Shown: positions 32,795 to 42,333 of the stretch, one piece after another | How positions within the stretch are numbered: the stretch's first letter is position 1 | Layout: each line of letters begins with the position of its first letter | DNA from: an uncultured delta proteobacterium | GTDB lineage: Bacteria; Desulfobacterota; Zymogenia; Zymogenales; Zymogenaceae | DNA length: 64,000 nt | Assembly: GCA_963792965.1 (NCBI GenBank) | Contig: CAWBYW010000009.1 | Coordinates: 224,001 to 288,000, forward strand | Direction: 5' to 3' | Notes under the pieces: model-generated | The model's input: only the letters and a program-made list of their open reading frames with translations | Told to the model about the DNA's origin: nothing | The model's database searches: none | Program-made: the position numbers and the translations under genes

Positions 32795-33157
32795 TTACAT
32801 GAGCTCACGAAGTTTGAGCGAAAAGACCCTTGTCTTGTACCGGGCAAGGGCTTCATTCGCGTGCACGGAAAGAAAGGTCATAAAATAATAGTCGTCGGAG
32901 ATGACGTGGGCGACCAATTTAAAACGATCGAGCATGACGGTGATGTCCTTGAGCTCGTCCATCTTCAATACGGACAGCTGCTTGTGCACCTCCGCCACGA
33001 CACCCGAATATTCCGCGCCGATAACGTCAGCCTCAAGACCGATGCTTATGTTCTGGCATGATTCGACGATAACCCCGTCTCTGCCGATTACCATGGCAAC
33101 GAGACTTCCGGGAACCGCTCGGACCACTTCTTCCAAAACGGTCTTGAAATTTATCAT
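32795..33157 (-). CDS. Roadblock/LC7 domain protein, MglC-like
   Basis: Helix-strand-GxDG roadblock pattern, C-terminal ARY motif, position between pilQ/aro genes and efp. Confidence 0.75.
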   Translation of the reverse strand: MINFKTVLEEVVRAVPGSLVAMVIGRDGVIVESCQNISIGLEADVIGAEYSGVVAEVHKQLSVLKMDELKDITVMLDRFKLVAHVISDDYYFMTFLSVHANEALARYKTRVFSLKLRELM

Positions 33158-33432
33158 ATTAGTTCCGTTTGGCATGTATGACGCGGATGGTTAGTAGAAT
33201 GAGAGACATGCCGACATTATGACCGCCCCCAAATCGCGGCAGTGCAGCGGAAAACGACCCCGTGCCCGCGATCGGAAAGCACGCTCGCAACGGGAACGCC
33301 GCTACGAGTCAATCGCGTGCGCGGCACGCGGCGTGATCTGTTTCTCTCTGAATGCTGTTGATCGACCTCCTCATCGGGATTGCAGGGATCCCGCGCCTAT
33401 GCCGATCGGTGAGGTAGTCTCCGCGGGCGCCC

Positions 33433-34848
33433 TCACGATCTTCGGTATTTTCGGATATTGAGGAGCCAGCGATTGAGCCCCTCTATCGTCCGCCTTTGCC
33501 CCTCTTCTTCCCCCGAGAGGGGAAGGCCGGCCTCATCCGCCGGGCTTTCGATTGGGATTGAGCCCTCTCCCATTTCGCCCGGCCCTGCCGCCTCTTTCAT
33601 CCTTTTCTTGACGAAGCCAATCTTCTGCTTGAGGGAATCCCGCGTTGGAAACGTGCCCAGCAGCTCCTCATAGATCGACAGCGCCTTGTCGTAATACCCC
33701 TGCTTTACGTAGATGTCCGCGATCGTCTCGGTCGTTATGGTGACGCCTTTCGCATCGGTCGCGTCCGTTTCTCCATCCTGCCGGTCGCTCGGCACGGTCC
33801 CGCGCGTCTTTCCCCCCTCGGTACCGGGTGATTGTCCCATCACGGAGGTCCCATCTCGTTGCCCCCCCGACCCCGTAGACGGAACAGGACGATCCGAAAA
33901 ACCCTCAATGGAGATCTCTTCCTCGCCTTCTTCGAGGATGCCGAATTCGTCCACTAATCCCTGGTCCTCATCGACGGCGCCGTCTTCGACGGCCGCCTCT
34001 GACCGGACCGATTCAGATTCCGACGAGGACGGCTCTCCCTCGGTCCTCACCGTCTCCGCGAGTGCCCTTCCGTCGTCGGGTGCCCGTGACGTCTCTTCGC
34101 CGACGAGATCACCGAGACTCCCCTCGCTGTCGAGGGCACGTTCCGAGTCCGTCGGGATTTCGATCTCCTCGTCGTCAAGAGAGAGGCCGTCCGCCCCGGC
34201 CGTGGTCGCCTCGTCCTCGTCGAGGAGCTGGGCATCTTCGATAATTTCCCCGCCGCCCTCCTGGACCAGTTCGAGCGTTTCGCCTTCGAGAATATCCTCG
34301 GGCTGGGCGGCCTTTGGGGCTCCTTTTTGCGGCCCACGGTCGATTGTGGCGAGTTTCTCCTTAACCTCGGCATCGTCGGGCGAGAGGGCCAGGACTTTCG
34401 CGAAGCTTTCGCGCGCTTTTTTCGCGTCGCCTTCCTGAAGGCAGATATCACCGAGAACCCGGTGGGCAACGATATTATCGGGAGTAATCGAGACGACCTT
34501 CAGGATCTCTTCCTTCGATTCCTTGATCATCCCCTTATCAAAGTAGGCCCTCCCGAGCGCAACACGTCCGCTCATATACTTCGGGTGGGCTTTTGTGCCG
34601 TTCAGGCAGAGGTTGATCGCCTCATCCAGCATCCCCGCCTTTCGGTAGAGCTCGGCCAGCGCCGCAAAAACGCGTGAAGACGCGTCCTTTGCAAGGATCG
34701 CCCGATACCGCTCCATCTCCGGGGTAATGACACCGATACCTATAGGGACGTCTTTCTTTATCGGGGACGGGATTGGCTTTGCATCCGGTTTTCCCGGCGG
34801 GACAAGAGACTTCTCAGGTGTTCTGATATTCTCTTTTACGTCTGCCAT
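33433..34848 (-). CDS. TPR protein with long acidic linker
   Basis: N-terminal TPRs (SRVFAALAELYRKAG), D/E-rich spacer, C-terminal TETIADIYVKQG TPR and LNRWL helix. Confidence 0.82.
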   Translation of the reverse strand: MADVKENIRTPEKSLVPPGKPDAKPIPSPIKKDVPIGIGVITPEMERYRAILAKDASSRVFAALAELYRKAGMLDEAINLCLNGTKAHPKYMSGRVALGRAYFDKGMIKESKEEILKVVSITPDNIVAHRVLGDICLQEGDAKKARESFAKVLALSPDDAEVKEKLATIDRGPQKGAPKAAQPEDILEGETLELVQEGGGEIIEDAQLLDEDEATTAGADGLSLDDEEIEIPTDSERALDSEGSLGDLVGEETSRAPDDGRALAETVRTEGEPSSSESESVRSEAAVEDGAVDEDQGLVDEFGILEEGEEEISIEGFSDRPVPSTGSGGQRDGTSVMGQSPGTEGGKTRGTVPSDRQDGETDATDAKGVTITTETIADIYVKQGYYDKALSIYEELLGTFPTRDSLKQKIGFVKKRMKEAAGPGEMGEGSIPIESPADEAGLPLSGEEEGQRRTIEGLNRWLLNIRKYRRS

Positions 34849-34857
34849 AAAAGACCC

Positions 34858-35919
34858 CTATTGTTCAATGAAATCAAGTATATCTAAGAGAGCAAGTTTT
34901 TTCAAGATAAAACGACCGATACCTCCGGTAAGGACAAAATTAATTTCGTTTCCTACCGCTTTTTTATCGACCGCCAGCGCGCTTTCGTACTCCTGTCGCG
35001 AAAAGACGGGAAGCGAGAGATCAAAGCCGTACGCGCGCAAAAGGTCGATAATCCTCCCCTTTTCCGCCGAGGAAATGAGTCCCATCTTCTCGGAAAACCC
35101 GACGGAAAATCCCATACCCTTGGCAACCGCCTGCCCATGCCTGACGGCGCCGTAGCCGACGAGCTTCTCAACGGCATGTCCGACGGAATGGCCGAAGTTG
35201 AGGACGCTGCGAAGCCCCTCCTCCCGCTCGTCCTTTTTCACTACGTCGGCCTTCGTCTGGACCGACCATCGAACGATCGTCATGAGAATTTCGCGGTCTT
35301 TCTTGAGGATCTGTTCCCTCTTTTCCTCGAGCACTGCAAACAGCTCTCTATCCAGGACGATTCCATACTTGATGACCTCGGCAAGACCCGACAGGAACTC
35401 CCCATCCGGGAGGGACGAGAGGGTATCGATATCGATGAGGACAAATTCCGGCTGATAGAATGCTCCGATGAGGTTCTTACCCTTCGGGTGGTTCACCGCC
35501 GTCTTCCCCCCCACCGACGAATCCACCTGAGCAAGCAGCGTGGTGGGAACCTGTATATACGGAATCCCCCTCATGAAGGTCGCGGCAGAGAATCCGCCCA
35601 GATCACCGACCACGCCACCGCCAATTGCCACCAACGGTGTCTTCCTGTTGGCGCCGAACTCAAGCAGGGCGTCGTATACTTCCAATAAACGTGGAAAATC
35701 CTTTGAGCGCTCACCACTCGGGACAACGATGCTATGAACCCTTCCCCCCGTGCTCTCCAACGCCTGCCGCACCAAATCCGCATAGAGCTCCTTCACCACG
35801 GAATCGGTAAGGATGCAAACCTCCTTTTCCCTGAGGCAGCGGCCGATATCCCGCAACACATCGCACCCGATATATATGGGATAGGACCGATCACCGAGCT
35901 CTACTGTTATCCTCTCCAT
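34858..35919 (-). CDS. aroB: 3-dehydroquinate synthase
   Basis: GGGVVGDLGGF, PTTLLAQVDSSVGGKT, LNFGHS. Confidence 0.97.
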   Translation of the reverse strand: MERITVELGDRSYPIYIGCDVLRDIGRCLREKEVCILTDSVVKELYADLVRQALESTGGRVHSIVVPSGERSKDFPRLLEVYDALLEFGANRKTPLVAIGGGVVGDLGGFSAATFMRGIPYIQVPTTLLAQVDSSVGGKTAVNHPKGKNLIGAFYQPEFVLIDIDTLSSLPDGEFLSGLAEVIKYGIVLDRELFAVLEEKREQILKKDREILMTIVRWSVQTKADVVKKDEREEGLRSVLNFGHSVGHAVEKLVGYGAVRHGQAVAKGMGFSVGFSEKMGLISSAEKGRIIDLLRAYGFDLSLPVFSRQEYESALAVDKKAVGNEINFVLTGGIGRFILKKLALLDILDFIEQ

Positions 35920-36440
35920 CCCTTCAAAAACCTCTCATACTTGTCCAGTACCACCTCCGCAGTTACAGAAGGGTTCTTCCCCTCGGTATCGACGGTGATG
36001 TCCGAGACACGATACGACCCGACCCTCCTGGCCAACAACTCCCTGACGGTACCGATCCGGTCCGGCACGTTAAGGATCGGCCGATGACGATCATCCGAGA
36101 TCCGGGCGATGATCTCCTCGGGCGACGCCGTGAGCCAGACGAGCACACCCGTTCGCTTGAGGTTCTCGATGTTCTTCGTCCTGAGCAGCGACCCTCCCCC
36201 GGTTGAGATGACCAGGTCTTTTTCGGCCGAGGACTTTTCGATCACCTCCGATTCTATGTCCCTGAAGAAATCCTCGCCGTACCCCTTAAAGATATCATTG
36301 ATCGTCATGCCCGTTGCTTCTATAATCCGGTCATCAATATCCACAAAGGCCCTCTTCATCCGTGCGGCGAGAATCTTGCCCACCTCGGTCTTTCCCGTAC
36401 CCATAAAGCCGACGAGCACCAGATTCGGACTTATCACCAA
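35907..36440 (-). CDS. aroK: Shikimate kinase
   Basis: GFMGTGKT P-loop, FRDIE, STGGG, RP. Confidence 0.95.
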   Translation of the reverse strand: MVISPNLVLVGFMGTGKTEVGKILAARMKRAFVDIDDRIIEATGMTINDIFKGYGEDFFRDIESEVIEKSSAEKDLVISTGGGSLLRTKNIENLKRTGVLVWLTASPEEIIARISDDRHRPILNVPDRIGTVRELLARRVGSYRVSDITVDTEGKNPSVTAEVVLDKYERFLKGWRG

Positions 36441-37591
36441 TTCCGTATCCGCTCCACATACGCCTCATAGGCTGCCGTGATGTCGCTTAGGCTGTCGCCG
36501 CCGAATTTCGCGAAAAATTCCCTGGCAATCACGAGAGCGACCATCGCCTCGACAACGACCGCCGCCGCGGGGACCGCGCATACGTCGCTCCGCTCGGCCG
36601 TGGCCGATACGGCTTCCTTATGCGCGATGTCGACCGAAGAGAGCGGCCGCATGAGAGTGGGTATCGGCTTCATTGCCGCCCGGATGACGAGGGGCTCCCC
36701 GTTTGTGACTCCCCCCTCTATCCCCCCGGCACGGTTCGTCCGGCGGTAAAATCCCCGCCCCCGATCGTGGAATATCTCGTCATGTGCAGTCGATCCCTGC
36801 GTCTCGGCGAGGCCGAAGCCGTCGCCGATCTCTACCCCCTTGATCGCGGGCACACTCATGACCGCGCCCGCCAGCATCCCGTCCAGCCGACTGTTCCACT
36901 GCTCATAGCTGCCCAGCCCCGGGGGGACTCCCACGGCCGTTACCTCGACGACGCCCCCGAGGGTATCTCCCGCCTCTTTTGTCTGATCGATGAGATGTCG
37001 AAGCTCCACGTCCCGTAAGGATACGGGGGTCGAGAAAGGAGAATCGTCTGCATTTTTTGCCCGCTCTTCAAGGGAAAGGTCGCCTGCGTCCACATGAATC
37101 GGCCCGATTGAGACAACGTATCCGAAAAAGCGGATCCCGAAGGTCGACAGCAGGATCTTAGCCAGGGCTCCCGCGGCGACACGGGCGGCGGTCTCCCGGG
37201 CGCTGGCGCGCTCAAGGACGTTCCTCAGGTCACGGTGGTCATATTTCATTGCGCCGGCCAGGTCCGCATGCCCCGGTCGAGGGCGGGTGACCTCCCTTCC
37301 CGGGGCGATTTCGCCCTCGGGGCTCATGTATGATTTCCAGTTTTCAAAATCTCTGTTCTCTACGAGGAGCACGATCGGGCTGCCGATCGTCATCCCGCCC
37401 CGTATCCCCGAAAGAATCCGGGCCTGATCGGCCTCGATGGCCATCCGCCCGCCCCTGCCGTACCCCTTCTGTCTCCTCCTCAGCTCCCCATTAATCGCCT
37501 CAAGGGGCACAGGGAATCCCGCCGGAACGCCCGAAATCAGCGCAACGACGCCTTGTCCGTGAGACTCCCCTGCCGAAAAGAAAGAAAACAT
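36434..37591 (-). CDS. aroC: Chorismate synthase
   Basis: AGESHG, PRPGHAD, ERASARET, AMKPIPT, RSDVCAVP. Confidence 0.97.
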   Translation of the reverse strand: MFSFFSAGESHGQGVVALISGVPAGFPVPLEAINGELRRRQKGYGRGGRMAIEADQARILSGIRGGMTIGSPIVLLVENRDFENWKSYMSPEGEIAPGREVTRPRPGHADLAGAMKYDHRDLRNVLERASARETAARVAAGALAKILLSTFGIRFFGYVVSIGPIHVDAGDLSLEERAKNADDSPFSTPVSLRDVELRHLIDQTKEAGDTLGGVVEVTAVGVPPGLGSYEQWNSRLDGMLAGAVMSVPAIKGVEIGDGFGLAETQGSTAHDEIFHDRGRGFYRRTNRAGGIEGGVTNGEPLVIRAAMKPIPTLMRPLSSVDIAHKEAVSATAERSDVCAVPAAAVVVEAMVALVIAREFFAKFGGDSLSDITAAYEAYVERIRNW

Positions 37592-37602
37592 CTACCCCTC
37601 AT

Positions 37603-37636
37603 AAAAAAGTGCACCGGAACGGATTCAGGTGCACTT
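37603..37636 (-). terminator. Putative terminator between pilQ and aroC
   Basis: AAGTGCACC / GGTGCACTT stem followed by T-run on - strand. Confidence 0.6.
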
Positions 37637-37659
37637 GGAATCGTAATCAGGTCGAGCGC

Positions 37660-40236
37660 CTACTGACCCTTGGTAAGTTCATCCTGCTCCCTCACGATCG
37701 TCGGCGTGATGAAGATGAGGAGCTCTCTCCTCACATCGCTCACCGACCTGGTCTTGAAGAGCCAACCGAGCAGGGGTATATCCTTCAGAGCGGGGAGCCC
37801 GGTATCGGTGCTGTTTGACGTTTTACGATACAGCCCGCCGATGACGATAGTGTCGCGATTGTCCACGAGCACTTTGGTGATGAGGTTCTTCTTGAGCTCG
37901 GTAAAATAGGTGTTCTCCACGCCTGACGTATTAAGCAGCTTCACCGGGTCGCCCTGAGTGTTGTGGGTCAGGTTCAGGTCGAGCTTGATCTTTCCATCGG
38001 GCTCGACGGTCGGGGTGATGACGAGCGTCGTGGAGAAGTCCTTATATTCTATCGTCGATGTCAGGGTAACGGTTCCGGTCTCGTTGGTCGACTCGGTCGG
38101 GTTACTCTGAGGGATGCTCGTGGTGATATCCAGCGTCGCCGTCGCGTTGTTGAGCACCCGCACCTTAGGTGACTCGATGATGTTTGCCTCGCCGAGACTT
38201 TCCAATGCGTGGAGCTGAACGTCGAGGCGCAGGGCGTTATCCAGGAAGCCGATCATCGCCGAGGCGCCGCCGACCGCACCCAGAGACGTCAGCGGTAGGT
38301 TCGGGAAGATCGTCTTCGTGATGTCAAAATTGTCGGCATTGTTGATATTGGCCGTATCGCTCCACCCCAGGGACGACTTGATCGATCCGCCCTTATCTCC
38401 TCCGTTATATCCCGCGACCCACTTGATGCCCAATTCCTGTTGATAGTTGTCATCCACCTCGACGATCCGGGCCTCGATACGGACTTCCGGCTCCTTGTCG
38501 GGGGTATCCAGCAGGTGCACCATCTCGATGATCTTATCGACCCGCTCCTGGGTATCGGTCACGATGATCATATCACCCGACGGGGCCCAGGCGATCGACC
38601 CCCGGGTGCTGAGCATCTTCGCGTTTGTAATAGCCGCGACGATATCGACAATCGTGGTGGTGGAGGTCCCTCCCGGCGCGCCCGTCGTATAGGTCGTGCC
38701 TGTCGGAGTCGCCGTCGGGGTCGTCGTGGTTATGCCCCCGCCCGGCGTCATCAACGGGGTCGGATTTTTTCGATAGATGACATTCACCTGACGGGTCACC
38801 AGCGGCGCATCGTCCTCAAGGTTCTTCTTGAACTTGTATTCGGCCTGGATCTCCTCATTCAGCTTGGCCTGGGTTGTTACGATGATGACGTTACCCCGCT
38901 GCACCATCCCAAGGCCCGACAGGCTGACGATGAGATCAAGGGCCTGGTCCCAGGGGACCTTCTTGAGCCTCAGCGACAGCTTCAGGTCGTCGGGCACGTC
39001 CGGTTTGATGACGATACTCACGTTGGAAAACTCGGCAATCAGGTTGATGAGGTCCTTTACCTTGGCGTTGCTGAAGATGAGGGTCATGGGCTTACCGGTA
39101 AAGATCTTCTCTCCGGGGGCCGCTCCGCTAGGTGCCGTCGGCTCCATGCCCGGCGGCACAACCGGGGATTCAACGGATGGACCCGCCTCTCCCGGGAGGG
39201 TGGCCGGAGCAGAGGGCGTGGTCCCCGACGGCTGCGCAAGCTCCGTGCCGGGACCCGGCACCGTGGCGGGGAGCTTTACCGTCGGCTCCGCGGGCGCGGG
39301 TGTCGTTACCTCGGGCGTCGTTACCTCGGGAGCCGTTACCTCGGGGGTCGGCGCGGGCGGCGCCGCGTGGGCCGGCGGCGGAATGGAGCCGAGGAGCGCC
39401 TCGCCGGCCTTCCTGAAGGATATCATCAGTTTGTTGTCATAGGGAAAGACATTGTACGTATTGAGCTTTCCCGGTATCGCCGATTCCAGTACGACGCGGG
39501 TCTTGTCCGGGTATGTGCCGACCCGTATCGCCTTGATATCGGAGCCACCGACCTTGATCTCCTTGGACGGGAAATCATTCTTCAGGCCCTTGACGTCCAC
39601 GACGAGCCGGTACGGGGTCTCCAGGACAAACGACTCGAAATTCTCGACGCTTCCGTCGGTCAGCACCGTTACGAGCGTACCGTCGGAGGTGTCGTCGGCC
39701 ACGATATTGATGATCTTCTTTGCAGGCGGAAACGTCGTCTTCGTCGGCTCGCTGACGATCTTGGAGGGCGTCGTCTCCTCACCGACGGCACCCGTCGGCT
39801 TCTGTATCTCAACCTGAATCTGGGAGTCGGACGGCTTGGTAATGAAATAGTTCGTGTCCTGAACGAGATATATCTCCAAACGGGCCACCTTCTTCCCGTC
39901 GGAAGTCATGTCGAGTTTTGACATCTTACTAATGGTGTCGTTGCCTACCTCAACGTCCACGTTCGGTTCAACAAACACGGCATCGGGAATGTCAACAACA
40001 AGCCTGAGCGGGGTTTCAAGCCGGTACGGCGTGTAGTTCAGGGCGGTATTGCCCGTGATGGCGATAACCGTCCGGTCCTCCAGCTCCTTGACGGGGCCGA
40101 GAGTGACTGAATTTTCCGCGGAGGGTACCCCGGTAGCCGGTTTGGCGCCGCCGGTGGCGCATCCATGTATCGGCACTATAAGCGCCGAAAGGATGAACAG
40201 GACACCAAAACCTTTCAGCCATTTCAATCGGTCCAT
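37660..40236 (-). CDS. pilQ: Type IVa pilus secretin with AMIN domains
   Basis: Two AMIN-like domains (P.RLVVD), VPWDQALD, IEARIVE, IVIGGL, P.LKDIPLLGWLF, ELLIFITP. Confidence 0.95.
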   Translation of the reverse strand: MDRLKWLKGFGVLFILSALIVPIHGCATGGAKPATGVPSAENSVTLGPVKELEDRTVIAITGNTALNYTPYRLETPLRLVVDIPDAVFVEPNVDVEVGNDTISKMSKLDMTSDGKKVARLEIYLVQDTNYFITKPSDSQIQVEIQKPTGAVGEETTPSKIVSEPTKTTFPPAKKIINIVADDTSDGTLVTVLTDGSVENFESFVLETPYRLVVDVKGLKNDFPSKEIKVGGSDIKAIRVGTYPDKTRVVLESAIPGKLNTYNVFPYDNKLMISFRKAGEALLGSIPPPAHAAPPAPTPEVTAPEVTTPEVTTPAPAEPTVKLPATVPGPGTELAQPSGTTPSAPATLPGEAGPSVESPVVPPGMEPTAPSGAAPGEKIFTGKPMTLIFSNAKVKDLINLIAEFSNVSIVIKPDVPDDLKLSLRLKKVPWDQALDLIVSLSGLGMVQRGNVIIVTTQAKLNEEIQAEYKFKKNLEDDAPLVTRQVNVIYRKNPTPLMTPGGGITTTTPTATPTGTTYTTGAPGGTSTTTIVDIVAAITNAKMLSTRGSIAWAPSGDMIIVTDTQERVDKIIEMVHLLDTPDKEPEVRIEARIVEVDDNYQQELGIKWVAGYNGGDKGGSIKSSLGWSDTANINNADNFDITKTIFPNLPLTSLGAVGGASAMIGFLDNALRLDVQLHALESLGEANIIESPKVRVLNNATATLDITTSIPQSNPTESTNETGTVTLTSTIEYKDFSTTLVITPTVEPDGKIKLDLNLTHNTQGDPVKLLNTSGVENTYFTELKKNLITKVLVDNRDTIVIGGLYRKTSNSTDTGLPALKDIPLLGWLFKTRSVSDVRRELLIFITPTIVREQDELTKGQ
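39302..39346. repeat. 3 x 15 bp tandem repeat in the pilQ linker (PEVT[AT])
   Basis: gtcgttacctcgggc / gtcgttacctcggga / gccgttacctcgggg. Confidence 0.85.
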
Positions 40237-41133
40237 TTATGAGCCTCCCTTAATCTTTAAGGTCTCAATTCTCTTTTCGACATTTCCGTAAAAATCCTCG
40301 TAACCCACCTCAACCTGGACTTCGGTATCGGTTATTCGGACAACCTTCCCGCCGCCGATCTCGGATCCGACGATGATGTTGTAGCCCTTCTTATCGGGAG
40401 CCTCCACCATGGCTATTCCCGTCTCTTTTTCGGGATCGTAGATGATGGCGGTCAGTCTCAGCTGTGAGAGATTATACCGCTGAAGAGGCGTAAGCTCTTC
40501 CGCGGGAGTCTCAGCCTTCTTTTCCACCTTCAGGGTGAAAGGTCGAAACGGATCTCTCTTGCCGGTGGGGTCGTAGATATATTCCTTATCCATGAGCGAG
40601 CCGGTGAGGTTATCAGGCGTGAGCGTCGGGGCGCCGGCAACCGGGGCAAGGGTTACCATGGCGATGTCTTCTCCCGCAACGGTCGTGGTCCCGCCCTTTT
40701 CGGGCGTGCCCGTGGGAGCGGGTGTGCTCGGCGGCGTCTTGGTCTCCTTAGTCGTTTCGGGCTTTACCGCTTCCTTCTTTTCACCCTTGTCGGGGGCGGG
40801 TTTCGTCTTTTCCGCGACGGGGGGCGTTCCCTTCTCGTTCTTGCCCGGCATCACCGGACCGCCCGTGGTCGGCTTCCCAGGGATCGGCCCCTCTCCTCCG
40901 ATCGGCACGACGGCACTCGGGGTAAAAGTCGTACCGCCGGCCGGTGCCGAGCTCCTTACCTCGTCGGTCGGTTTCAACTTGTGGATCTTCGGTTCCTCTT
41001 TGGTCTCCTTTGACTTGGAAAATCCCGGAATCAAATCCGTCAGGTCCGAGCATCCCGCAAAGAAAAGAGGGACGGCAATGAGGACGAGGCATAAGGAAAA
41101 TCGTGTCTTTTTCAATACAGTTTCCACTCTCAT
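40237..41133 (-). CDS. pilP: Pilus assembly lipoprotein PilP with long Pro/Thr-rich linker
   Basis: Lipobox FFAGC, YDPTGKRDPF, PLQRYNLSQL; between pilO and pilQ. Confidence 0.9.
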   Translation of the reverse strand: MRVETVLKKTRFSLCLVLIAVPLFFAGCSDLTDLIPGFSKSKETKEEPKIHKLKPTDEVRSSAPAGGTTFTPSAVVPIGGEGPIPGKPTTGGPVMPGKNEKGTPPVAEKTKPAPDKGEKKEAVKPETTKETKTPPSTPAPTGTPEKGGTTTVAGEDIAMVTLAPVAGAPTLTPDNLTGSLMDKEYIYDPTGKRDPFRPFTLKVEKKAETPAEELTPLQRYNLSQLRLTAIIYDPEKETGIAMVEAPDKKGYNIIVGSEIGGGKVVRITDTEVQVEVGYEDFYGNVEKRIETLKIKGGS

Positions 41134-41706
41134 TTACTCGTTAAATTTGAATGTTACCGCATCACAAGAAATATCGAGGATAACATTATTTTCTTTGACG
41201 GCTTTTTTCTTCATCGAGATATCTCTTATGTTGATAATCCGATCCAGTCTCCGCACCTTGTCCAGGAAGACCGCGTAGCTCTGATAGGTCCCCTCGATCC
41301 GTATGCTCACCGGAACCTCCGTGTATTTTTTGTCCTTAATCAGGACCTCTCTATCCGGCTGAAAGAGGAGAAAGGTAAGGCCTGATTCACGCCCCTTCGT
41401 GGAGATATTCGAGAGTATGCCCGGGATCTCCGAACTCTTAGGGATCTGTACCAACAGGAGGTTCAGGTCGGCCTCAAGTTCGCTCACCTTGGCCTTATAA
41501 GTCACCAGGTTTTTCTTGGTATCCTCAAGCTTCTGGAGCTCTTTCTTCTGGCTGTTCAAGTCATCGCTGACCTTGGTATACTCAGCCTGCTTGCCGGTGT
41601 ATATCCCGAAATAGTAAGCCGCCGCTATCAGGACCACGGTCCCGATGAGAATAAGCCCCTTATACTGAGCGGGGAGCTTCTTGACCATATCTGCTGAAAA
41701 CGCCAT
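41134..41706 (-). CDS. pilO: Type IVa pilus protein PilO
   Basis: TM plus coiled coil, IPKSSEIPGIL, YTEVPV, GTY, LDRIIN. Confidence 0.92.
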   Translation of the reverse strand: MAFSADMVKKLPAQYKGLILIGTVVLIAAAYYFGIYTGKQAEYTKVSDDLNSQKKELQKLEDTKKNLVTYKAKVSELEADLNLLLVQIPKSSEIPGILSNISTKGRESGLTFLLFQPDREVLIKDKKYTEVPVSIRIEGTYQSYAVFLDKVRRLDRIINIRDISMKKKAVKENNVILDISCDAVTFKFNE

Positions 41707-41754
41707 TTCTTTCTCCTGCTACCTCAATTCGTCCTTATCCGTCCCGATGCAAAA

Positions 41755-42333
41755 TTACCCTTCTTTCTTCTTCTCCACCGGTATCTCGGTGGCCGGATAT
41801 TTAACCTTCATCGTCAGGGTAAAGCTGTTGACGGGAACCCCTCCCGATGTCGCCTTTTCGCTCTTCACGAGGTTCACGTTGGTAAAGTAGGGCCTGTTGG
41901 TGAGGCTTAACATGAAGGAGGCGATCGTTTCGTTGTCCGATGCATACCCCTTTACGGTCAGGCTGTCGCCTTTCAGGGTGAACTCATCGATCCAGAGGGT
42001 CGGGGGAATGGCCTGCGAGAATTCGTCGAGGAGATGAACGGGACCGTTACGACCTACCTCGAGGGTAGTGATAACGTTGCGTTTCCCTTCCAGGTCCTGA
42101 GTCTTCTTCTTGTATTCGTTGAGGTCACCGACCTCCTTCTTCAGATCGGCAACGGATTTGTCGACGCTGCCCTTTTCGTCGTCTACGCTCTTTATCTTAT
42201 TGTTGATGTTTATATGGAGATATGCAATACCCCCAAAGGTGAGCAGGATACAGAAAATATACAGGGCAACCTGCTGCTGAAAGGTATCCGTCTTTTTGAC
42301 TTCTCTGGTTGCGAGGAGATTTATCTTAATCAT
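41755..42333 (-). CDS. pilN: Type IVa pilus protein PilN
   Basis: MIKINLL PilM-binding motif, TM, coiled coil, IPPTLW. Confidence 0.94.
   Translation of the reverse strand: MIKINLLATREVKKTDTFQQQVALYIFCILLTFGGIAYLHININNKIKSVDDEKGSVDKSVADLKKEVGDLNEYKKKTQDLEGKRNVITTLEVGRNGPVHLLDEFSQAIPPTLWIDEFTLKGDSLTVKGYASDNETIASFMLSLTNRPYFTNVNLVKSEKATSGGVPVNSFTLTMKVKYPATEIPVEKKKEG

Noticed and set aside
39302-39346. CRISPR-like repeat
   Set aside because: 15 bp units with no spacers, in frame within the pilQ linker.
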